Shown here piece after piece: positions 8,295 through 17,792 of a DNA stretch of 64,000 bases (within the stretch, counting starts at the first letter, position 1; every line of letters begins with the position of its first letter). The notes beneath the pieces were generated by a model. The model did no database searches, was not told the origin of the DNA, and was given only the letters and a program-made list of their open reading frames with translations. Source of the stretch: Candidatus Melainabacteria bacterium 17Bon1m. Its GTDB lineage: Bacteria; Cyanobacteriota; Vampirovibrionia; Obscuribacterales; Obscuribacteraceae. The translations under genes were made by a program, and so were the position numbers. The stretch is from NCBI GenBank assembly GCA_032128875.1, contig JAVLKG010000012.1, positions 32,001 to 96,000 on the forward strand. The letters run 5' to 3'.

Positions 8295-9560
8295 TTATGC
8301 AATCAGGCAAAGTTCGTCGCTTGTAGTCGAGTCAAATTCGTTGGCGAGTTGGAACTCTTCGTGAATGAGTCTTGCTGCTCTTTGCGCATCTGATTTTTCG
8401 ACCAGGCAAGAGATTGCGAGATCTCCCGTGCGCACTGATTTGACTTCGATGTTGTTAGATTCCAGGCATCCGATTACCTTTACCGATGCTGGCGCGTTGC
8501 CATGCTCGTCGCTGCCCACGAGGGTCACTTTGCAAAGATCCAGTTCGGAGCTGACGCGCACTTCTTTGTCCTTTTCACGAAGCGCCGAAATCGCATCCAG
8601 GACTCTGTCCTGATCTTGATATTGGAAGCAAATCTGGATGGTGGCGCATTTGGCACCATTATCGATTGAGCTGGATTTGCGGATGTTCTCGATAGAGATG
8701 CCGCAATCACTGATGCATTCGGTAACTTCTTTGAGGAGATTGGAACTCTCCTCAGATTTCGAAATTGAGATAAATCCTTGTTTTGAATCTACGGCGACGC
8801 CGCAAAATTGTTTTTGCCTTTCCACTCCGTTTTCTCCTTTGATTTCGGTTCCTCTATTCGAGGGGTTAAACGTATTTCGTACTCGGACGATGACATCGTA
8901 CTGTTCGCCAAGTTCTACAGCGCGTGGGTGAATTACCTGTGCGCCATTTTTTGCAAGCGTTACGCATCGCGCGTATGCGATCTCTTTTAGTGGCACCGCT
9001 TCTTTGATGACGTTTGGGTCCGCAGTGAAAACACCGTCCACATCTGTGTAGATGTCGCATTCTTTTGCGTCTAGCGCAGCTGCGAGTGCGACTGCAGTTG
9101 TGTCAGAGCCGCCTCTTCCGAGCGTTGTGATTTGTCCGCCATCGGTTACGCCCTGGAAGCCAGCGACCACAACCACGTCATTGTCGAATAGTTCGTTCTT
9201 AATCAGTTCGCTATTGATGCCCAAAATTCGAGCTGAGCCGTGATCATCGGTGGTGCTGATTCCGGCTTGTTGTCCAGTGAGAGATTTGGCTGTCAGTCCT
9301 TTTCTCTTGAGGATCAAACTGAGAAGAACGATTGAAACTTGCTCACCTGTCGAAAGAAGCAAATCTAGTTCTCTTTGATCCGGAGTTTTTGTGCATTGCT
9401 TAGCCAGGCTCAAAAGATGATCTGTTGTGTCGCCCATAGCTGATACAACGACAACAACAGGATGTGGCTTGTAGCTTGCGATGATATCGGCGACATGCTC
9501 TATTCGTCCAATGTTTTTCACGGACGAACCGCCGAATTTGAGCACCTTGATTTTGGACAT
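8295..9560 (-). CDS. lysC: Aspartate kinase
   Basis: VLKFGGSSV, VVVSAMG, TTLGRGGSDTTA, TDVDGVFTADP; C-terminal ACT-like region. Confidence 0.95.
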   Translation of the reverse strand: MSKIKVLKFGGSSVKNIGRIEHVADIIASYKPHPVVVVVSAMGDTTDHLLSLAKQCTKTPDQRELDLLLSTGEQVSIVLLSLILKRKGLTAKSLTGQQAGISTTDDHGSARILGINSELIKNELFDNDVVVVAGFQGVTDGGQITTLGRGGSDTTAVALAAALDAKECDIYTDVDGVFTADPNVIKEAVPLKEIAYARCVTLAKNGAQVIHPRAVELGEQYDVIVRVRNTFNPSNRGTEIKGENGVERQKQFCGVAVDSKQGFISISKSEESSNLLKEVTECISDCGISIENIRKSSSIDNGAKCATIQICFQYQDQDRVLDAISALREKDKEVRVSSELDLCKVTLVGSDEHGNAPASVKVIGCLESNNIEVKSVRTGDLAISCLVEKSDAQRAARLIHEEFQLANEFDSTTSDELCLIA

Positions 9561-9573
9561 GATTGACTCCGTT

Positions 9574-10794
9574 CTATGCGGTAACTAATTCTCTATCTTT
9601 CGAAACTGCAAAGCTCTTTGATTTTGGCAACACAGCGTCGAGATCTTTGATCAGGTCGCTGGCTTCTTCAATACCGACGGAAAGTCTGATCAAGCCATCA
9701 ACGATGCCTAGCGGTTCGCGAACTTCTTTCGGAATTGGCGCATGTGTCATTGAGGCGGGATGGCAGATGAGCGATTTGACGCCACCGAGACTTTCTGCAA
9801 GTTGGAACAACTTTGTATTGCTGACTACATCTCTTGCATTTTCCAGTCCACCTTTGACGACGCATGCCACCACTCCACCGAAACCTTTCATTTGTTCGCT
9901 GGCAAGCTGATGCTGCGGGTGGCTCGTCAAGCCTGGATAGAAAACTGACTCCACACCTGGGTGCTGTTCGAGGAAACGTGCAACTGCAAAGGCATTGTTT
10001 TGGTGCTCTTTCATGCGCAGTGCAAGAGTTTTCACCCCTCGAAGCGCCAAGAAGCAATCGAGCGGTCCGGGCACAGCGCCGACAGCGTTATTGTGGAATT
10101 TGAGCACTTCATAGAGTTCATCATTAGAGGTGATGACTGCACCACCGATGATATCGCTGTGACCCGAGATATATTTAGTGGTGCTGTGGATAACAACGTC
10201 GGCACCAAGTTCGATCGGGCGTTGGAAATATGGCGTAGCAAAGGTATTGTCGACCGCGAAAATCAGCCCGCGAGATTTTGTTAGTTCTGCAACTTTTCGC
10301 AGATCTGCCAGGCGCAATAAGGGGTTGGTTGGTGATTCAAGCCAAACTAATTTCGTTTGGGGAGTTATAGCGCGTTCGATGGCATTGATGTCTTTTCCAT
10401 CGATGTAACTGAAGGTGAGACCATATCTGGAAAACACTTTCTCGAATAAGCGGTAAACACCGCCGTAAACGTCCTCTCCGACAATGACGTGATCGCCGGC
10501 GGAGAGAAGGTTTATAACTGTCGCGGCTGCCGACAGACCTGAAGCTGAAGCCAAGCAATATTTAGCGTTTTCCAAAGATGCCAGGCATTCTTCGAGTGCG
10601 CTGCGTGTCGGGTTGTGAGTTCGTGCATATTGATAGCCTTTGTTGACGCCCAGTTCTTCGAGCACGAATGTCGAAGTTTGATAAATGGGCGTGATTAACG
10701 CACCGGTGCTGGGATCGGGCTCCTGACCTTCGTGAATTGCTTTTGTGGCAAAACAGTATTCGGGCGATTCAGTAGTGGATTTGACTTGTGACAT
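9574..10794 (-). CDS. metB: Cystathionine gamma-synthase/lyase (Cys/Met metabolism PLP enzyme)
   Basis: PIYQTSTF, YARTHNPT, ESPTNP, DNTFATP and HSTTKYISGHSD (PLP Lys). GGAGG RBS before ATG 10794. Synthase versus lyase cannot be settled by eye. Confidence 0.85.
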   Translation of the reverse strand: MSQVKSTTESPEYCFATKAIHEGQEPDPSTGALITPIYQTSTFVLEELGVNKGYQYARTHNPTRSALEECLASLENAKYCLASASGLSAAATVINLLSAGDHVIVGEDVYGGVYRLFEKVFSRYGLTFSYIDGKDINAIERAITPQTKLVWLESPTNPLLRLADLRKVAELTKSRGLIFAVDNTFATPYFQRPIELGADVVIHSTTKYISGHSDIIGGAVITSNDELYEVLKFHNNAVGAVPGPLDCFLALRGVKTLALRMKEHQNNAFAVARFLEQHPGVESVFYPGLTSHPQHQLASEQMKGFGGVVACVVKGGLENARDVVSNTKLFQLAESLGGVKSLICHPASMTHAPIPKEVREPLGIVDGLIRLSVGIEEASDLIKDLDAVLPKSKSFAVSKDRELVTA

Positions 10795-10807
10795 TGAAAA
10801 AACCTCC

Positions 10808-10846
10808 AAAACAAAAAGCCCCTCTTCCGCATTCGGAAGAGAGGGC
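10808..10846 (-). terminator. Intrinsic terminator of the attenuator, directly upstream of metB
   Basis: Minus strand GCCCTCTCTTCCG-AATG-CGGAAGAGGGGC followed by TTTTTGTTTT. Confidence 0.9.
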
Positions 10847-10876
10847 ATTGCGACACTTATTCGGCTGAGCTACTTG

Positions 10877-10963
10877 TTAGCTAGACATTCTCACGTGTGG
10901 CAAATGCTCCCCCCTTCCGGAGGGCATCGGCATTACCATAGTGGTGGTCGAGCGATTAAACAT
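10877..10963 (-). CDS. Thr/Met-rich attenuator leader peptide (28 aa, MFNRSTTTMVMPMPSGRGEHLPHVRMSS)
   Basis: ATG 10963 to TAA 10877. Control codons ACC ACC ACT ATG GTA ATG CCG ATG. The ORF overlaps the antiterminator arm. Confidence 0.8.
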   Translation of the reverse strand: MFNRSTTTMVMPMPSGRGEHLPHVRMSS

Positions 10964-10969
10964 GCCCCC

Positions 10970-10997
10970 ATTATGGTTGGATTACAGCAAGAGTCAA
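10970..10997 (-). promoter_or_regulatory. Sigma70-type promoter of the leader-metB-lysC unit
   Basis: TTGACT-N16-CATAAT, then 6 nt, then the leader ATG. Confidence 0.65.
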
Positions 10998-11220
10998 TTT
11001 TTGGCGCCCACTTTGTAACGGGGGCACTTGGCTTAGAGCCGTCTCAGGTGGGTGAAACCTGCAACAGCGCAATGCTTAAGACTGGTATGGCAGAACTGGC
11101 GCGGCTTAACAGAATTGTGCCGATTTCGCCTAATAGATAAAGGTCTTTCTTTGTCCTATATAGCAAGTCACCCTGAATGCCGGAGCCGAGGCACCCTGGC
11201 TGAATAAACCCAGGTGGCAG

Positions 11221-12642
11221 CTAAGAACCTTGCCTCGTCTTCCTGGTCACTACCTTTGCTCCTTCCGTCAAAGTGTCTTGCGGATTCACAACCAATGATT
11301 CGCTTCCATTTAATCCACCGATTACTTCAATGTCGGTGCCAAGATCTTTTCCGAGCTGGAGTTTTTTGAAGTGAACAGTGCCATCTTTTGCCAGCGTTAG
11401 CACACGTTGACCTTCACTGGAAGAAACCAATGAATTCGCTGGAATCAAGAAAGTCTTCGCTGTGACGGGAACAGTGATATTCACGTCCGCGTACATGCCC
11501 GGTGCCAAAAGCATCGCTTTGTTGTCGATGTGAATTTCTGTGCGCATTGTCCGCGCAGCCGGATCGAGTGCAACTGATGTTCGTGCTACGGTGCCGTTGA
11601 ATACGCGGTCGGGAAACTCTTTCAAACTGACTTTTACCGTCTGCCCTGCGCGCACTCCGACAGCAACGTACTGCGGCACATCGATGAAAACTTTCACCGT
11701 ATCTACCCGTGCGACTTTGAAAAGCGAAGTCTTGGAATTTTCGCTTCCGGAAGTGACCAGCATGCCGGTGTCTGCATTGCGCTCCGTGACTATCCCTGTG
11801 AATGGACTGGTGACATTTTGAAATGCTCTTTCAGTACTGCTTCTGGTGGCACGCGCTTTTGATGCCAGTATATTTGCCGCACTCAGGTCTACTGTCGCGC
11901 TCTGGGCTTTCACCTTTGCGCGAGCAGCAATGACATTTGATTCTGCTGCGCTGACTTTATCTAACGCGGCTTGGCGTGCGGCTGTTGTGGTCTTATATCT
12001 GTTTTCCTTTTCATCAACATCTTGCCAGGAAACCGCACCTTGCTCACCAAGACTTTTCCATCTTTGGTATGTCGACAGCGCAAACTTTTGATCGCTCTCC
12101 GCTTCAGTGAGAGATGCTTTTGCTTGTGAAACTTGTGCGATGGCTGCGCTCAAATCTGCCTGTGCGCGATCTCTGTCTGCCTCGCTCTGAGCGCGTGCCG
12201 CCACAGATGTAAGCACTTGCGCTTCAGCCTCGCGCTCGCTAGCTTCTACTTCTGGTGTTTGCAATTTCGCCAGCAACTGACCAGCTTGGACGCGATCGCC
12301 TATATCTACAAATCGCTGCTGCACGTATCCACTACTGCGAGCGTAAATTTCGGCGTCGACAATAGCCTCGATCGTACCCGGCAGATTGAGCTGGTTTGTC
12401 GATGGTGCTGGGCGAACTTGTGTTGTTGAAACAAGCGGCAGCTGCTCAACAATCTTTTTGTGACTCTCGCCTAATTCTTGACCTTGCATAATCCTTGGAA
12501 TCACGCCGATCGGCAGAGCGAGTGACATAACTACTCCGGAGATTCCCAACAACCGCGCAAATCCGGTCTCTTTTCTACCTTCGCGAAAATGCGTCGTAGT
12601 TGAATTTTCTCTTGCTGGTTTTGGAATTGTTTGTTCAACCAT
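11221..12642 (-). CDS. RND efflux periplasmic adaptor (membrane fusion protein)
   Basis: IYARSSGYVQQRFVDIGDRVQAGQLLA lipoyl half-motif, long helical hairpin, TSPFTGIVTER, LAPGMYADV. Confidence 0.92.
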   Translation of the reverse strand: MVEQTIPKPARENSTTTHFREGRKETGFARLLGISGVVMSLALPIGVIPRIMQGQELGESHKKIVEQLPLVSTTQVRPAPSTNQLNLPGTIEAIVDAEIYARSSGYVQQRFVDIGDRVQAGQLLAKLQTPEVEASEREAEAQVLTSVAARAQSEADRDRAQADLSAAIAQVSQAKASLTEAESDQKFALSTYQRWKSLGEQGAVSWQDVDEKENRYKTTTAARQAALDKVSAAESNVIAARAKVKAQSATVDLSAANILASKARATRSSTERAFQNVTSPFTGIVTERNADTGMLVTSGSENSKTSLFKVARVDTVKVFIDVPQYVAVGVRAGQTVKVSLKEFPDRVFNGTVARTSVALDPAARTMRTEIHIDNKAMLLAPGMYADVNITVPVTAKTFLIPANSLVSSSEGQRVLTLAKDGTVHFKKLQLGKDLGTDIEVIGGLNGSESLVVNPQDTLTEGAKVVTRKTRQGS

Positions 12643-12769
12643 GACTCAGGCTCCACTTTTCGGCTGTTGTCAAATTCATTGGAGAGCAATTTCCAACGTC
12701 GAGCATTACGTCCGACAGTTGGCGAGCGGTTTTTGCCGCGTTTTTTTGCTTGGGTTTTTCGCTTCTTTT

Positions 12770-12798
12770 AGAATAGACCGGTCGGTCTAATGCGTCAA
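12770..12798 (-). promoter_or_regulatory. Sigma70 promoter with TetR-type palindromic operator in the spacer (adaptor gene)
   Basis: Minus strand TTGACG-N17-TATTCT; palindrome TAGACC-GGTC-GGTCTA at 12774-12789. Confidence 0.75.
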
Positions 12799-12920
12799 TA
12801 CCTTTTGCCCGCAAATTAATGAAATACAAGGGTTTCAAGGATTTTTCACCATTCTAAGTAACCTCCGAGATACTGCTTCGAGGGCGTTTTTTCCACTTCC
12901 GCCGGTATCGAAACCACTTT

Positions 12921-15900
12921 CTACGCGACCTCTGCAGGTTGCACAACTAGCGTTGGACGCAGTTTTTTTCGTATGAGACTGAATACAACAGGTACGAAGA
13001 AGAGCGTGAAGAAAGTCGCCATCGAAAGACCACCGATGACGGCGCGACCCAAAGGTGCATTCTGCTCGCCGCCTTCGCCCCAGCCGAGTGACATCGGAAT
13101 CATGCCGATTATCATCGCCAAAGCCGTCATCATTACCGGTCGCAAGCGGGTTTTTCCTGCTTCCAATGCGGCAGAGCGAACATCAAGACCTTCCGATAGT
13201 TTTTCATTCGCGAAAGTAATCATCAAGATACTGTTGGCTGTAGCCACGCCGATGCTCATAATTGCACCCATTAGTGACGGGACGTTGAATGTGGTCGTCG
13301 TCAAAAACAACATCCAGATGATGCCGGCGAACGCTCCGGGAAGTGCGGTGATAATGATGAGTGGGTCTGTCCAACTTTGGAAATTGACGACCATCAGTAA
13401 ATACACAAGAACAATAGCGCCGAGAAAACCGATGCCGAGTTTGAGAAAGGCGCTGTCCATGTTTTCCACAAGCCCGCGCAAAAATATCTGATTACCTGGT
13501 TTCATCTTCGGTTTGTATTCGTCCAAAATCTTCTGAATATCTTGTGCCGCACCGCCCAGATCTCGAGTTTGCACACTCGCATAAATGTCGAAGACTGGCT
13601 GAATGTTGAGATGATTGATGGTGCCGTATCCGGAAGTGTGCTCTATGGTGGCAATATTGCCGAGAAATTCCGCTTGCTGCGTTAATCCTTTTGTGGAAAG
13701 TGGAGTCTTCATGATCGAGCTAACGGAATCAACCTTGTACTGAGGCGTTTGGACTGCAAGAAAATATTGAATTCCGGTTTCCGGATCGACCCAATAATTT
13801 GGTGTCACCTGTGTGTTCGAACTAAGTGATACCAATACATCATTTGCCACATCGCGCTGGGTGAGTCCAAAACGTGCTGCACGCGCTCTATCTACATTGA
13901 GTCTTAACTGTGGAGCATCAACCTCTTGGTGAAGATGCACATCAACAGCGCCAGGTACCTTGCGTACTCTATCTATAATCTCCCTGGCGATCTGCAAATT
14001 CTCTGCCTTGTTGTATCCGGCTACCCGAATGTTGATTGGTGCAGGCAATCCAAAGCTGAGAATTTGATTGACGATGTCGGCTGGCTGGTAGTAGAAGGTT
14101 AGATTTGGAAACTTATCGTTGAGCGCAATGCGCACCAGTCGCATATACTCAGGCGTCGAGTGCTTGCGGTGGTGTTTTAGCGAGACGAGAATCTCACCGT
14201 CGGCTGTACCAATTGTCGCGCTGTCACCGAATGCAAGGTTGAAAGCCTCTGCCGGCATCCCTATATTGTCTATAAGGAGGGCTATTTCTTCTTTCGGTAT
14301 AACCCTGCGAATCTCAGCTTCAACAGCGCTAAAGAGCTGCTCTGTTTTCTCTATTCGTGTGCCACTTTGCGCTTTTACGTGCAATCGAAATTGTCCAGCG
14401 TCAACTATTGGGAAAAAATCTCTGCCAATGAAAGGCAGTAATATCGCGCCAGAAATCAGAATTGCCGCAGCGAGTCCGACTACGGCTTTCGGTGAGTCCA
14501 ACGACCAGCGCAACCCGGCCATATACACACGCCGCAAGCGATCGAAGCGGTCGTTAAACCAGGCGTGAAGTTTTTCGAATACACTTTCTTGCCCCGTGTG
14601 AGCATGATTTTCTAACTCGCCCTTCAGCAAGTATTTCACCATTACCGGTACCAACGTCCTGGAGAGGATGTAGGATGCGAAAACAGCGAAAACGACAGCC
14701 AGAGCAAATGGAACGAAGAGAAAACGTGCCGGGCCTTCAAGCAAAATTACAGGAAGAAACACAATACAAATTGCTGATGTGGCAACAAAAGTTGGCACCG
14801 CGATCTGTTGAGCACCATCAAGAATTGCTGTTTTAAGGTCTTTGCCCAGTGCAATGTTGCGGTGAATGTTTTCAATCTCAACTGTCGCGTCGTCGACCAA
14901 AATACCAATCGCCAGCGCCAGACCACCCAGGGTCATGATGTTCAGCGACATGCGAAGCGCGTCAAGCGCAATTATCGAACTGAGAATTGACAGGGGAATT
15001 GATATCAAAACAATAAGCGTGCTCCTCCAACTTCCCAGGAAAAGAAGTATCATCGCCCCGGTCAAACATGCCGCAATTATTCCTTCGTGCACCACGTTGT
15101 CGACTGCTGCTTTTACGAAAAGCGACTGGTCAAATAGCTGCTCGATTCGCATTCCAGGCGGTGCAGCGGCTTGAAGCGTTGGTACCAAACCTTTGATCTG
15201 ATTGACGATGTCCAGTGTGGAGACTGCGCCGTTTTTCAAAATGGTGACGAGAACCGAGCGCGAACCTTCTGCTCTTACGATGTTTTGTTGGACAGCAAAT
15301 CCATCCCGGACATGCGCCACATCACGTATGAAAATCACTTTGCCGTTGACCATTTTGACTGGCAGATCATTGATCGACTGCACAACCTCAGGCGTGTTGT
15401 TCAGCAGAACTCGATAGTCGGTATCTCCGATTTTTGCTTTACCCGATGGCAACGCGAGATTCTGCGCATTGATGGCGTCATTGACTTCGCGAGGAGAAAT
15501 TCCTTTTGATTGAAGCGCCATCGGATCGATGTCGATCATGATTTGCCTGACTTTGCCACCGTAGGGCGCGGGGAGCGTGGTGCCTTGCACTACTGCAAGT
15601 GCCTGTCTGATTCGAAAGATCCCATAATCGTATAGTTGTGATTCATTGAGTGTTTCGCTGCTCAAGGCAAGCTGAATGATCGGCACTGACGATGCCGTAT
15701 AGCGCAGAATAATTGGCGGTTGCACACCTGGTGGCATACGTCGCAGAATGCCTTGTGATACCGCGGTTGCTTGCGCCATTGCAGATTCAACGTTGGCGCC
15801 CGGGTGAAAAAAGAGGCGAATGACGCCAACCCCGTCGGTCGTCTGAGACTCAATCGCTTTAATGTCTTTGACGTTGGCTGAGAGCGAATACTCACTGTAA

Positions 15901-16094
15901 ATCGTAAGACGTCGCTCCATCTCCTCCGCTGACATGCCACCGTACGTCCAGATGACGCTGATGACAGGTATGTTGATATCCGGAAAGATATCTACAGGCA
16001 TCGAGCGTACTGAGCCGATCCCCAGGATCATTATCAAAATCGCCATGACGACGAACGTATATGGGCGGCTTAAAGCCAGCCTTACGACCCACAT
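12921..16094 (-). CDS. RND efflux permease (AcrB/AcrD/AcrF superfamily)
   Basis: 1057 aa; GILVDDATVEIENI, RLRPVMMTALAMIIGMIP, APLGRAVIGGL. Confidence 0.95.
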   Translation of the reverse strand: MWVVRLALSRPYTFVVMAILIMILGIGSVRSMPVDIFPDINIPVISVIWTYGGMSAEEMERRLTIYSEYSLSANVKDIKAIESQTTDGVGVIRLFFHPGANVESAMAQATAVSQGILRRMPPGVQPPIILRYTASSVPIIQLALSSETLNESQLYDYGIFRIRQALAVVQGTTLPAPYGGKVRQIMIDIDPMALQSKGISPREVNDAINAQNLALPSGKAKIGDTDYRVLLNNTPEVVQSINDLPVKMVNGKVIFIRDVAHVRDGFAVQQNIVRAEGSRSVLVTILKNGAVSTLDIVNQIKGLVPTLQAAAPPGMRIEQLFDQSLFVKAAVDNVVHEGIIAACLTGAMILLFLGSWRSTLIVLISIPLSILSSIIALDALRMSLNIMTLGGLALAIGILVDDATVEIENIHRNIALGKDLKTAILDGAQQIAVPTFVATSAICIVFLPVILLEGPARFLFVPFALAVVFAVFASYILSRTLVPVMVKYLLKGELENHAHTGQESVFEKLHAWFNDRFDRLRRVYMAGLRWSLDSPKAVVGLAAAILISGAILLPFIGRDFFPIVDAGQFRLHVKAQSGTRIEKTEQLFSAVEAEIRRVIPKEEIALLIDNIGMPAEAFNLAFGDSATIGTADGEILVSLKHHRKHSTPEYMRLVRIALNDKFPNLTFYYQPADIVNQILSFGLPAPINIRVAGYNKAENLQIAREIIDRVRKVPGAVDVHLHQEVDAPQLRLNVDRARAARFGLTQRDVANDVLVSLSSNTQVTPNYWVDPETGIQYFLAVQTPQYKVDSVSSIMKTPLSTKGLTQQAEFLGNIATIEHTSGYGTINHLNIQPVFDIYASVQTRDLGGAAQDIQKILDEYKPKMKPGNQIFLRGLVENMDSAFLKLGIGFLGAIVLVYLLMVVNFQSWTDPLIIITALPGAFAGIIWMLFLTTTTFNVPSLMGAIMSIGVATANSILMITFANEKLSEGLDVRSAALEAGKTRLRPVMMTALAMIIGMIPMSLGWGEGGEQNAPLGRAVIGGLSMATFFTLFFVPVVFSLIRKKLRPTLVVQPAEVA

Positions 16095-16168
16095 TGGAAT
16101 TCCTCTTATGTTGTTTGAACTGGGGGTGATGCCACGAAATGGTTTTCGGGTTCACTGCGATAGTGTTT

Positions 16169-16197
16169 AGAATAGACCAGTCGTCTAGTAGCGTCAA
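16169..16197 (-). promoter_or_regulatory. Sigma70 promoter with the related operator (permease gene)
   Basis: Minus strand TTGACG-N17-TATTCT; TAGAC-CAGTC-GTCTA at 16173-16187. Near copy of 12770-12798. Confidence 0.7.
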
Positions 16198-16381
16198 GCC
16201 CCCCAAAAATGAGGTAAACGTCTCAAATAACGGGAAATTAGTGGAAACCTTGGAACCTCGAAGGATTTTGCCAGTCCCGCAGAGGTATTACGACATCGCT
16301 TCGGTAGCCAATCGGCTACGGCGGGGACCGAAAAGGTAGGCAGAGCTACGGTTTTAGGCGAAAGAGCGGTCCACCCCCAAG

Positions 16382-17677
16382 ATGGCGAGTCAAGGAGTCA
16401 CCCAGGTATTGATTATGAAACGACGTCATTTGCTAGCTTTGTCGTTATTTGTCTCGCTCGCCTCCGCGCCGCTGGCGTTCCCGAAGGCGGTTTTCGCGGC
16501 TGATGAAGCGATTTCATCAGTGTCCGAGGCGGCTAACGTCGCGGACACTTCTCACACCTCGGCTCATCCAAACGTAGGTGGAGTGGCGCATACGGATATT
16601 GAAACCGCTACAAAGTCGACGGTTGAGTCCCACGGACCGGCACCAGAAGTGATATTCAATCCAAAGCCTACTGAAATTGAGACGAATGCGACGTCAATCA
16701 AACCGGCAAATCCACATTCTATGGAATACGGTTATGTTCCGAAATTCGTTCCTTTCGCCACAGGCAATGGAAAGTTTCAAGTAAATAAGACGCTCCAAAG
16801 GAAAACCATGGCTCTCGCATTAGGTGGCGGCGGTGTCCGAGGAGCGGCTCATGTAGGTGTATTGAAAGTATTCGAGCGCGAGAAACTCCCAATCGATTAC
16901 ATCGTTGGCAATTCGATGGGCGCGATAGTCGGCGGAATGTATGCTGCAGGAGTCGATTTTGATGAGCTTTCCAACGAGAAGAGTTTTGAAGACTTTCGTA
17001 AATCGTATGTCCCGACTTGGACGGCCAAAACGCTTCGACTGCCGCTTTCCGTTTTGTGTCGCCCGTTTCGAACGGGCCCCGTGGGCATTATGACAGGCAA
17101 GAAATATCAAAAGTTCTTGGAGAAACATATACCAAAAGGCAAGGAAAACATCGAGAGCCTGAACATTCCATTTTCTGCCGTCGTCACCAATTTGATCGAC
17201 GGGCAGGCTTACAGAATCAGCGAAGGCGATCTCGCCACAGCGATGCGCGCCAGTTCTGCGATTGCACCGATAATTCAACCCGTGAAAATAGGCGACAAGC
17301 TCTGCGTTGATGGCGGCGTACGTGCAAATTTGCCGGCATCTGCAGCGCGAGATACTGGCGCCGATGTTGTGGTGGCAGTCTTAGTGGACGATCCTTTGCG
17401 TAAAGTGCCAGAGAAAGAGTTGCGTCACTTCCGCTCAGTCGCTGAGAGAATGACAAACATTGTGCTTGCTGTTACTGACGAACATCAGTTGCAGTTCGCA
17501 GATATCGTCATAAGTCCTGATGTAAGCGGAATTTCGATATTCTCCAAGAAAAGGGAAGACATCGAACGTGCAATGAAGGCCGGCGAAATAGCCGCTGAAA
17601 AAGCGATGCCGCTAATCAGGCAGAAGTTGAATCTGCTACCGTCAACGCAGTTGAGTGGCTCTGGTGTTAGTCACTAG
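16382..17677 (+). CDS. Secreted patatin-like phospholipase (start may be 16415)
   Basis: GGGGVRG oxyanion loop, GNSMG nucleophile elbow, DGG; signal-peptide-like MKRRHLLALSLF. Confidence 0.9.
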   Translation: MASQGVTQVLIMKRRHLLALSLFVSLASAPLAFPKAVFAADEAISSVSEAANVADTSHTSAHPNVGGVAHTDIETATKSTVESHGPAPEVIFNPKPTEIETNATSIKPANPHSMEYGYVPKFVPFATGNGKFQVNKTLQRKTMALALGGGGVRGAAHVGVLKVFEREKLPIDYIVGNSMGAIVGGMYAAGVDFDELSNEKSFEDFRKSYVPTWTAKTLRLPLSVLCRPFRTGPVGIMTGKKYQKFLEKHIPKGKENIESLNIPFSAVVTNLIDGQAYRISEGDLATAMRASSAIAPIIQPVKIGDKLCVDGGVRANLPASAARDTGADVVVAVLVDDPLRKVPEKELRHFRSVAERMTNIVLAVTDEHQLQFADIVISPDVSGISIFSKKREDIERAMKAGEIAAEKAMPLIRQKLNLLPSTQLSGSGVSH

Positions 17678-17792
17678 CTATACTGTGATGGCTTGGCACT
17701 AGAGCAAATGATTCCGGTGCTTCGCCGTTTAGCGGCTCAGTCTATTGTGGTTTAATTCTGGAACGGTCCGTTTTTATGTTTGACCAGCCACA

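Noticed and set aside
7621-8393. ORFs spanning the REP cluster (7621-8310, 8040-8273, 8086-8364, 8193-8393)
   Set aside because: Their repetitive peptides are just translations of the palindromes and 27-bp repeats, and most overlap real genes.
10795-10848. Longer metB start at 10848 given by the ORF track
   Set aside because: It lies in the attenuator stem region; ATG 10794 has a GGAGG RBS and matches the family N-terminus.
10795-11000. SAM riboswitch or T-box upstream of metB
   Set aside because: I found no SAM-I core (ATCxAGAG...GCAACC...GTGC) or T-box (GGTGGxACC) motif on the minus strand. A leader peptide explains the terminator better. An Rfam scan is still needed.
12292-12299. Cyanobacterial HIP1 octamer GCGATCGC enrichment
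   Set aside because: I noticed only isolated copies (here and near 21359); there is no sign of over-representation, though I did not count exhaustively.
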